A DNA stretch of 64,000 nt from Octopus sinensis (lineage: Eukaryota), in assembly GCF_006345805.1 (NCBI RefSeq), contig NC_042997.1, positions 145,328,001 through 145,392,000 on the forward strand. The letters run 5' to 3'. This document shows positions 53,111 to 64,000 of the stretch, one piece after another (the stretch's first letter is position 1; each line of letters begins with the position of its first letter). Below the pieces are notes generated by a model that saw only the letters and a program-made list of their open reading frames with translations, did not search any database and was not told where the DNA came from. The translations under genes and the position numbers were made by a program.

Positions 53111-53949
53111 ATAATCTAGATTATCTTCCAACAAGTCATTTGAACTTTAAAAGTTCAAATGACTTGATGGAAGATAATCTGGATTAATGAGATACATCTG
53201 AATATTTATTATAGTGACGTTGGTATATTTGGATAAGTTTATGTGCTGGGTACAGGAAAAAGGAATTCAATATTTGCAGACTAACTCATCGCCTAAGATT
53301 TTTTTTTTACAGAAAAGTAAAAAAAAAAAAATGGAAGGTTATATTCTGAAACCTAAAATTCCTTTTCACCCAATGCTATATAAACTTATTTAAACTCACT
53401 ATCTTTACTGCATAACTTATGCCGACGAAGATCTCCAATATTTGCTCAGACACTAATAAAATATCTACATTTTCAAGGTCAGAGATTTGACAATAGCAAT
53501 AGGACGCCTAACTTAAGCATTTTGCGATATTTACTTGTTTCGAATTCAAGGCAACAGTAGTTCTCAATCGTTAGTAATTCAGTTTCTCTTGCCATGGAAT
53601 GGCATTCTCCAAACGCCCCTTCACATGTTTTGCAAAAGGCAAAATACAAAGATCAAACATAAACTAATTTTGCGCAGCTGTTTATTATCTATACCAGCGG
53701 GTCTTAATTGGGGTCCATATGGCCCTTGAAGTTCTTAGGCTTCTAACCCGCTTTTAGTGAAGTACTTACAAAGCTTAATTCAGTTCAATTAAAAAGCATG
53801 AGTAAGCAACGCATTGTAAACCACTCTATAATCTGTGGAAAAAATTTATCTATGCGCAGGGTATGCATTGCACTTCCGATGCCTTTTTTTCCCCATTGTT
53901 GTTTACTTTGCTATTTTCGTTGTAACAGTTGTCCTGTATTTTCTGTCTT

Positions 53950-54400
53950 TTATCTTTTAATTGTTTAAGTCATTAGAGTGCGGCCACGTTGGGGCATCAC
54001 TTTGCAGAATTTGTAGTTGAATGAATCGACCCTTAGTACTTATTCTATCGGTCTCTTTTGCCAAACCACTAAGTTATGTAGACGTAAACACACCAACACC
54101 GATTCCCAAGCGGCGGTGGCGGGGACAAACGCAGACACAAGACATACACACACATACACACACGTACATACACACACGCACGCACACGCACACATACACA
54201 CACACACACACGTACATACACATACATGTATACGACGCGCTTCTTTCAGTTTCCGTCAACCAAATCCACTCACAAGGCTTTGGTCGACCAGAGGCTATAG
54301 TAGCAGACACTTACTCAAAGATTTACACGATGGGACTGAACCCGGAACCATGTGATGGTAGGGTGAAGCAAACTTCTTACTTCACAGCCACACCTGCACC
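53950..54400 (-). mobile_element. SINE family B
   Basis: family motifs. Confidence 0.85.
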
Positions 54401-54938
54401 TATGTTGAACTGTTTCCCAACCAGGTATGAAACAGGAAAAATCTATCAATAGTAACATTACTTCAGTTTAAAAAGACTATAATTATTTTGTTCTATCACT
54501 GATATAATTCTGTCCTTCTCTTATTCTATGGTATAATCACCTTTTTCATGTTTTAACCCCGTAAAAGAGTGTTGGAAATTTGTCAAAAATATAAGCATTA
54601 TATTTGGATTAAACATGTTTCTGAAAACAAAACAAAAAGAGCACGATTCTCTTCAAATACCCGCGCTCGCTGAAGGGTGATGTTATTCTTCGTCTATAGT
54701 TACGAACCAATGGTCCATACATTTCCCCTAAATAATGGTTGGTCTAGAATTTTGGTACAACGACACCAATTCCAAGGGATTGGGAGGAATTAATCGACTA
54801 TATCCACTCTAGTACTTGGCTAGTACTTTATTTTATAGCTCCACTCGAAAGGATGAAAACATGAAACCAGAAGTATGCCGTTAAGAATTTTCGTCTGGCG
54901 TGCTAACGCTTCAGCCAGCTTGCCATTTTTATCCTATA

Positions 54939-55331
54939 CTAGCAGTATTGCCTGGCGTTGCTCGGGTTTGTTTTCTTTTCGACCCTTTAGAATTGGAATT
55001 TTTTAAAAGTAAAAATTTCACATTATGTAGCTTGTTATTCTCTTTAAGTGAACATTTTTCTGGTTGAAATACACCGAAAAATGGCGACACAGCAGTCAAA
55101 AATTCGTAAAACATAGGGATTTTCATACAAAAAAAGCACCTCTTTGATGTAAATATTATTTGGTCTTAACATGGTCCGATTTGAATTTTTTCTTCTACAG
55201 AAGGAAGAGCAAACCTTCTATCATACTCTTAATTTTGGCCAACTTGCGTAGCAGGGTTTCAGAGGCGATAGTGTTAGTTAAAGGCTACAAAACCTGCCAT
55301 ACACAGACAACTTCAGCTTTATGTATATAGA
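54939..55331 (-). mobile_element. non-autonomous Helitron
   Basis: minus: A^TCTATATACATAAAGCTG ... CCCGAGCAACGCCAGG...CTAG^T. Confidence 0.8.
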
Positions 55332-55699
55332 TAGATAATGAAAAAGAGTCTATATAATTAATTATGCAAACCATTATGGCGGTACTGTTTATAAATCATT
55401 TGCTAATGTTGAAATAGTTTTAAAATAACTTAGCAACTTTGAACTAGTTCAGTTAAGTTAGTTCAAACCCGTTCAGAAACAATGAGTACCTTTTTGTATT
55501 ATCTATCTTGCAATTCGAAATGAAAGTACAAAGAAAATGTATTAATTGTTACTCACAATTAATGTAAGAACGACATTTATCAGAATTCTGTAAATTTGAG
55601 AGATTTTAATAAAACCTCATTCATGATTATAATTTAATAAGTAATTTGTCAAATACGAAATTATCTACGTAGCCAGAAGCGAAATGTGTATAACTCGAC

Positions 55700-55750
<51 letters not shown>

Positions 55751-57449
55751 GCACGCACACACACACGCACACAAACACACACAAGAAACATAATTTTGTA
55801 AAGACCATTTTTCTTAAAGACCAATACTTCCAAATATATTTCTAATAAAAATTTCTCGAGTATTTATGCCAGAGTTAATTAGTCAAAGATTAATTACATT
55901 TGTAGTTTCAAGCTGAATTATTATTAGATCTAGACAACCTAACCTCATTCCCTAACTATTTTCCATAATGGCGATACCGAAATGGCACAGAGACGCTAAA
56001 GAGGTGACCGAGTTACTTTATGGTATTTTCCATCACTGTCACGTAAGCCTGATTTCCTGGTGAGATTTAAATGCAAAACCATTTATTTCTATGCTTCTAC
56101 ATTTAATTTATACCCCCACAAATAAGCTGATATAGGAGCCTCTCTGCCGAGGGTGGAGATGCCTCTCACTCACCCGATTTCTATTTTCAGACAACCAAAT
56201 GATAAAGTTTCGAAAAACTCATTCAAAAGATGGAAAAGAATAATTTTTAAGCACAAAGCAGCAATTTAATATAAATTTCATCTCTATAAAATTTTGAATT
56301 AAAGGTTAATTGTAATTTTTTAGCACAGATGTATCCCTATTTAATGCTATGCACTCGCAATTCGCCAATGATACTAAAAACTGCCCTTTGCCTACTTTAT
56401 AAGATCGCTTAATCTGTTAGAAATAGCAGCCAGAGTTCCCTCAAGTCACGCTCTTGAAATCTTAAAAAGGAAGGATACATTGGACAGTGTAGCCATAACT
56501 ATTCAAAAAGACGATTTCTTCACGGTTGGGACGCTATTCTTCACAGATCTACATGGTGAGGGATGACCTGGGTAAGTCATCAACAGCAGGAACATCAAAG
56601 TTAACACTTCGTTTCATTCAATTCAATAAATATTGAAAACATGCTACAGAGGATAGTGGATACACGCAAGTCTTCTCTGTTACTCTCCTCCTTTGCAATG
56701 AAATATATCGGTTTAATGCATAACCACCATCATGATTATAAGCTATACAGACGTAAGTGATCATGTTTGTTCTTCCATTGCACGTGGTCTTCAGTAGCAA
56801 GAAGCAGTCTGAAGCTACAATTTCTCTCGTGTCACTCAATATGCTTGTTTATCCAAAATAAAGCCTCTGTTTCACAACAGGAATTTTCTTGTCACAACAG
56901 GTCATTTTCGTATTTCATTTTCAAAATTTTCTTTTTTCATTATTCTCATGGTAATGGCGGCGATCTGGCAGAATCATTAGAGCGGTCTTCCGGTTTTTTA
57001 TATTCTGAGTTCAAACCCATCCCAATAAAGTCAACTTTGCCTGCTATCTCTCCAGGGTCGATTGAAAGCTCGACCAGTCAAATAGTGGAATCCTTGTGTC
57101 GACTAACCCTTCCCTTCAAATTTGCTGGCCTTGTGCCTAAATTAGAAACCATTATTGTTCACTTAATATAAAGTAACTTCATTCGCTATTGTTTGCTATC
57201 GATGGATTTTTTTCTCTCTATTCATACTTTGTTGACAGCAATGACCTTTCCGTTTGTTTTCTAACTGCACATATGTCAAATCTATACATTTAGCATTTGC
57301 TCAATTATATATTTGCGAATGTTCGCTCACATAATTTTAGAGGCAAACTTATATTTCTCATATTTTAGAACATTGTTTTGGATTGATTTTTACTTTTTAT
57401 CTTTGCTTAACATTTTCCAAATGAAGTAATTGGTTGATTTTCTTGTACT

Positions 57450-59030
57450 TTTAAGTTTGGTTGTTTCGTTCTTGAGATAGGTATTGCTATTGTCTTACAG
57501 ATTACACGTAGATAAAATCCAGATTCTTCTTTCCTTCACTCGTGTTAATAGAGAATGGAGATCTTTCACATATTCCACTATGAAAAGAATATCATCTGCG
57601 AGAAGGAAATTGTTGAAAATTATTGATACAGCTTCTCCTAGCTCAAACTTCAGTTCCTCTGTACATCTCATTGTATATCCAGAAAAGACCTGGATATTGT
57701 ACATGTCCTTGGCGAACTTCTCGTGTTGTTTGCCTTAGTATTTTGTTTCTGGATTTTGAGAGTCAAGACTATTGAAAAGGTTGCAAGATGCAACGAAAAG
57801 TTTAGGAAAATAAAAATAAGAAATAAGTGGAAATTTTACTGGTGCGTCTGTTACATTATAAGGCACAAAAAAAAAATGAATCTCCCCAGACACAACAGAA
57901 TATGCCTTAGTATTTATATCTTGAAATCTTATTGCCAACTTTTAGTGTCTACTATTTGTTCCTAATATGTTTGTAGTTATTCTTTGGCCTTTTTCGTTAA
58001 TTTCGAAGACAATTCCGGGAGCAGGCTACGAAAATTAACATCCACCAATTATGGAGATAGTTGACTCAAATTGAATAAGAGAACAAAAAACATGCAGATA
58101 GATAGGCCATTGCTCAGAAATTACGCTAAACATTACAATAATGCCACAGCGTGGCGGAGAAAAATGTATTACAACGAGCTGGCAGATGTTCAGAAATGAA
58201 CAGAAATACAGTAATGAACGACGGAAGAAATATAAAAACAAATGGCGAAAAATACAAAATCGAAAAGAAAAACAAAAGGATTAATAAAAACTGAGTGAAT
58301 TGATAACCATGCGATGTAATAGTCGCCATCTTGGACGTGTGTCTTTTACCATGACCTCGAGTCGGACAAAAACCTCATATGTGAAATTGGGTAGACGAAA
58401 ACTATCGATTGTTTGGAAATTCATCCGAGAATTGTTTCTGTTCTTGGGTGCTACACTTAATCTGTCATTCTGTTTTAGCGCCACACATGATATTTCGTTT
58501 CCTTTAGCAGAGTCCACTCTGTTACATTCGGGTTAAGTTTCTGATTTAAGGAAACTCCCATCCTTGGTTCCACCAGTCAGTGAAATCCTGAAAAGGTTCG
58601 AGAACGTCCCATCTATCTTTGTTCCGTCTCCCTGACTAAAAGTAACTAAATGATCAATGGTATGAAATAAATCTACACTTTATTAAATGGGAATTAGGGA
58701 ATAAGTTACGAGAAAATACATAACTTCCAATAAACGCGTGATCACCTCATGTGTCAGTCGATAAAACATACATTAACTTCTTTTATTTTTTACTTCTACT
58801 GTTAATTCTGTTAATTTTCCCAAAATGCAAATGGCGTCGGTGGTATTATTGACTTCAACAAATCTGCAATGTGGGACTTAAATTTCAGATTTAACTTTGT
58901 CTCTTTTGCCCTCAACATTATAATTCTCAAGAGAATTGTAGTCACGAGATATTTGAGACGTATTGAACAATATGACTCGCATTCTATATAGAGTTTGGAG
59001 GATTTTTGTGAACATCTCCATTGTTGCAAA
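57450..59030 (-). pseudogene. RTE-clade RT relic, interrupted at about 57960-58800
   Basis: TDAICILGKLTE (about 58800), KAYSVV, VRQG and NNFLLADDILFIVEYVKDLHSLLTRVKE (YADD box) in the expected order. Confidence 0.7.
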
Positions 59031-60178
59031 TATCTTTTGTAGTTATTTTGGGGCCCTTTTCAATTTCTTTATTACCCACTAGGGGCCAAAGATAGAATTG
59101 GACAAAACAATTGATGGGATCAGTGAAACGGTATGAGTTTACATATAATATGGTTTTAAAATTTAATACAATATATAAAAGTCGAATGAAATAAATAATA
59201 CAAAAGACAATACAAATGAAGCGATGATCAGGTCACGCTCCGACCCCACAAGTCCCGATCTACCGCTGGTACCTTTTTATATTTTCTTTTTGACCGGTCT
59301 ATTCACACGGTTCCTTGCACGCCCAACACTCGTGCAACATGCTTCCATCTCTTTTGGAACGTACACTCCGACAGACACTTCTTCTCCAGCCACAGAGACT
59401 ACAACAGTTAAAATTTACCAATTATGACGCTCTTAATTTCTCTATTGTTATGTCATCGGGTTCTGTTTCCTCCCTTTATCGAACACGTTTCGGTGTTTCT
59501 TACTTTTTCATTCATTACTGTTGGAATCCTCGATATTCTTGGCTATGTTATCTTTGTACCTGTCATGCTTGTAAATTTAGCTAATCAATCCCCTCTCCAA
59601 GAAAGCTGTGTAACTACTGATGATGTTGCTTTTGTTGCTGCTGCTGATGTTTCTAGTGTTGTTACTGTTGTTGTTGATGTTATTTCGTGGTGGTGGTAGT
59701 GGCTGCCTCAGAAAAACTTTAATCAAATGCACATTTGAGAAAAAACATTCCAGTTGTACCTACATTACTATATTTAAAGGTAGTAGAATTACATTATCCA
59801 ATGAAACCTATACAATAGGGTGTCATTTGAGAGAGATTTGGCCGGTATTTCTAGTTACTAATCCCTCATTGGCTCGTGAGATGTAGTTCCTTTCTATAGT
59901 ATTTCTCTATCTAAATTTAGCAAATTTCTAGCCACATGGTTTCTAATATTTAAAATTAAAGTTTAGATGGGAGACTTTAAAATGTAGTATAAAGCTTACA
60001 GTACACTTTATCTTCGCTATCAATACATACATACATACATACATACATACATACATACATACATACATACATACATACATACATACATACATACATGTAT
60101 GTATGTATATATGTATGTATATATTTATGTATGCATGCATATTTATGTATGTGTACACATAAACATACAAACATACAT

Positions 60179-60396
60179 GATAATCGGTGGAGCCGCGCAG
60201 TTGTCGAATGGTACCCGCGCGAGAGGAAACGACCACCCGGAAGGTCTCCACGACGGTGGAGTAACGATTTCAGGAGGACGATTGGGATCACGTGGATGAG
60301 AAAGGCGCGATCCAGAGAGGAGTGGGCAGCGGTGCTGTGACCAGCGGTGTCAAATGGACGCCCGACGGACTGGTCGGTCAAGGTGATCAAGGTGAT
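60179..60396 (+). mobile_element. 5'-truncated RTE-1-like 3' end
   Basis: DNRWSRAVVEWYPRERKRPPGRSPRRWSND...W*; tail (CAAGGTGAT)x2. Confidence 0.85.
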
Positions 60397-60859
60397 ATAT
60401 ATATATGTATGTATTCATATATATATTTGTTGATGGGTAGATATCTCATTGGTTAGATATATGCTTATTGCATAACACTAATTCTTTAGTCATCTTTTGT
60501 TTTGGTACCCATTTTTTATGGCATTGTCAAAGAAAAAACAAAGCAACACTTATGACATTTTTTTCAAGGCGTCCGTGACTAGAGGGAGGAAGGGATAATC
60601 TTTGCGAGAGAAGACTCTTACTTAAGATACCTAAGAACCAGGTGGTGGTGTTGAAATGGGTGACGGATTACATCTACCCCACAAGAAAAAAGAACGACGC
60701 ACCACCTCTACGACGAATTTCCACATCACCTATACATTTTCCATCAGCCCAATTTTATTTGGGAGGCTTCATCCGACTCCAGGTTATTATAGAAAACACT
60801 TGCCCCGATTGCTACGCAGGGGAATTGAATCTGATAAAACGCCGATGGTTAGTGAACTT

Positions 60860-61700
60860 CTTCACCATTTATACCCATTACAATCCATTGTAATAAGCTA
60901 ATTCAATTTCTTAGTAATCCTTTCTTTTCGTTTCCGATTTTCTTATTTCCCTCATTAACTGTAATATCTCTTCTGTCATCCGGTTTTCTTCTGCTGTTCA
61001 TTTTAGTTTGTGACGTGACTACTTTCGATGTTGCCTGAACATCTGCCAGCGCATTTAAATACATTTTTCACCTCCACAATTGCATTCCTGTGAATTTCAG
61101 CGTCACTTCTGAGCAATGACTTATCAAGCATCATGTTTCTTGTTCTCTTATTCAATTTGACTCAGATATTTCCATAACTAGTTGATGATCACTGTTGTAG
61201 TCTACTGCAGGAATTGTCTTTGCACAAATAACTTTCATTTGCAACTCTGGTTTATCAAGATGATGAGCAAACGATTCAAATGAATGATGTTTATTAGACC
61301 GTTGAATTCAAATACTGTTACCCGGGCTCAGCTCTTTAGTCTTATTGTAAAGTGTTTCCAGTTAGCATATTGTTAAACTATTCCTGTTTAACATATTTAT
61401 ACTCTGTAGATCAAACTCTTTAAATTTCTTCAAAAGTCTTTGTACCCAACCTTCACCGTAATATCTCGCACTACTACGGTAACAGCTTCTTGATTGGTCC
61501 AGACCTCCAACGGAAAAAAATAAATGAATGTATTTAATTCTTCCTCTGGTATTTTCCAAACTGAAATGTGTACTTGTATTGTGCTGGTACGAAAGAGTTT
61601 GTTGTCCAGTTTCACAAACAATGATCGACCCGATATTATTCAAAAGTGGTCCTTCTAATGTTTGTGCTTGCGCGCGCGCACATAAGATTTTCATAATGAA
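60860..61700 (-). pseudogene. RTE-clade apurinic endonuclease relic
   Basis: STIQVH...EEE...RDITVKVG and AKTIPAVDYNSDHQLV motifs. Confidence 0.65.
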
Positions 61701-61825
61701 AGCGAATCATTTTATCGATGAAATTAATCGTGTAATTTCATTATCTTAGGTGGTCAATATGGCTTTTGAGTGGCGGTTACTCTCATGGAATCGCAAATTC
61801 ATTGCTAAGAAAGGTAAAAATTTGT

Positions 61826-61998
61826 ATAGGCGTAGGAGTGACTGTGTGGTAAGTAGCTTGCTTATCAACCACATGGTTCTGGTTTCAGTCTGACTGCATG
61901 GCACCTTGGGCAAGTGTCTTCTACTATAGCCTTGGGCCAACAAAAGCCTGTGAGTGGATTTGGTAGACGGAAACTGAAAGAAACCCGTCGTATGTATG

Positions 61999-62064
<66 letters not shown>

Positions 62065-62295
62065 TGTGTGTGTGTGTATGTTTGTGTGTCTGTGTCCCAC
62101 CAACATAGCTTGACAACCGATGCTGGTGAGTTTACGTCTCCGTAACTTAGCGGTTCGGCAAAAGACACCGATAGAATAAGCACTAGGCTTACAAAGAATA
62201 AGTCCTGGGGTCGATTTGCTCGACTAAAGGCGGTGCTCCAGCATGGTCGCAGTCAAATGATTGAAACAAGTAAAAGAGTAAAAGAGTAAAGAGTA
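61826..62295 (+). mobile_element. SINE family B, full length
   Basis: head ATAGGCGTAGGAGTG; tail (GTAAAAGA)n. Confidence 0.9.
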
Positions 62296-62817
62296 TACAA
62301 GCAAATTTCTGTACAAACGCATTGCAAAGCAATTAAAAGGAACATCGGTTTGAAATTATTGAAATTATTGCAGGACCAGCCAGGCTGCATTTTCACAGCA
62401 TTTAATTTGATGCTGAAGTATTTGCTAAACTACATCTTGAAAAACATACTTGGAAAAGTCAAAGACGCTGATGGTGTTGGAACAACAAAAGAAATCTCAC
62501 GTGCGATATGACTTCAACATGTTCGTTCCTGCAGAATTTCAACAGAATGATCCAGAAGAGTTGAAACTTACGTTTAAAAATTAAAATACCCGACCATTTC
62601 AACAATCATTGTTCCACAGAAATTTTCATTACAAAAATTATCAAAAAGATTACCAACTACAAACCTTTCAGAGAATTAATACTATATTGTCAATGGTCTG
62701 GCACGCAGCAAATGAAGAATGGTTTTAAATGTGACAAACGCTGGGTAGTGTCATATTATCTTTGGATCAGTAATATATCTTCGTTAATTACGCCCATCGA
62801 ATATATTTACAAGATTT

Positions 62818-63050
62818 GAAGGCGGTGAGCTGGCAGACACGTTACCGCGCCGGCCAAAATGCGTAGCCTTATTTCGTCTGCCGTTACGTTCTGAGTTCAA
62901 ATTCCGTCGAGGTCGACTTTGCCTTTCATCCTTTCGGGGTCAATAAATTAAGTACCAGTTACGCACTGGGGTCGATGTAATCTACTTAATCCCTTTGTTT
63001 GTCCTTGTTTGTCCTCTTTGTGTTAAGCCCCTTGTGGGCAATAAAGAAAT
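62818..63050 (+). mobile_element. SINE family A with a 17-bp TSD
   Basis: ATATATTTACAAGATTT at 62801-17 and 63051-67. Confidence 0.92.
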
Positions 63051-63214
63051 ATATATTTACAAGATTTATTCAAATATAGCAACAATTTTACCGAGACGCA
63101 GAATACAGAATTAGCAGAACAAGAGAAATTATTCCCTAATATACCTCGATCTTATACTAATGCCATTTATACCATATTTAAATTAGCACGAGCAGCACAT
63201 TTTATCTTTTATCG

Positions 63215-63458
63215 TTAACTCGTTTCAGTTATCAAACAGCGGCCATGTTGGGACACCACCTTAATGGGATTTAGTCGAACGAATCGACCCCAATAATTAT
63301 TCTTTTAAAGCCTAGTACTTATTTTATCAGACTCTTTTGCTGAAGCGTTTAAGTTACGGGAACGTAACCAAACCAACACCATTTGTCAAGCGGTGGCGGA
63401 GGAGAAACTCAGACACAAAGGTACACACACTCACACACATACACTTACACACACGCAC

Positions 63459-63505
<47 letters not shown>

Positions 63506-63670
63506 TGTTAGGCTTCTTTCAGTTTCCGTATACAAAATCCATTTACAAGGTTTCAGTCAGTCCGAGGCTATAGTAGAAGGACACCTGCCCATGGTGACAC
63601 ACAGTAGGACTGAAACCGGAACCGTGTGGTTGGGAAACAAACTTCTTATCACCCAGCTAGTCCTACACCT
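63215..63670 (-). mobile_element. SINE family B, diverged
   Basis: family motifs with internal (CT)n. Confidence 0.8.
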
Positions 63671-64000
63671 GTAATATTGATGTTTTTTTTGTTTCTGTTT
63701 TGTTTTGTTTTGTTTCTTTTTTATTTCGAGCTTTCTTTTCTATGTACCTTCTCTGCTGTTATTATATCGATCTCTGTTCATAACCAGCTGCCATCACGTA
63801 CAACATCCCCTCGGGCTCTTTGAATATACTTGTCTCCCTTTCTCTCATCACCTATGCTGTACTCAACCCTCAGACCCTCACACACTAAACACTACACTGC
63901 GTCCTTGTTTTCCAGAACGTCAGTTCTCAGGAAATCTCTCCCAGCGTATGTTTTCTGCTGCTTTTTAAGCAGAATGTTAGTGACATCAATCTCGCCGGTC

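Overview
AT-rich, microsatellite-dense animal DNA. The repeat families look like those of Octopus (recognised from memory, not from a database search). No host protein-coding gene, rRNA, true tRNA or CRISPR array can be supported, so the window looks intronic or intergenic, and nearly all ORF-track entries are microsatellite or repeat artefacts. It contains many tRNA-derived SINEs (called family A, family B and V-type here); decayed LINEs (R4/Dong-like, RTE, CR1, L1/Tx1); a Tc1/mariner transposase relic with derived MITEs; a Merlin-like MITE; a hAT-like MITE; and three non-autonomous Helitrons. The best-supported unusual element is a Penelope-like retroelement relic between two (TA)n tracts (26118-27843). 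It carries a complete minimal type I hammerhead ribozyme motif (27725-27814). Two further, non-canonical hammerhead-like folds with an (U/C)UGAUAA core lie at about 30.0 and 45.9 kb. Also notable: SINE-A multimers with one invariant junction, several long near-perfect fold-backs, locally templated insertions and a 24-bp coding-like minisatellite.
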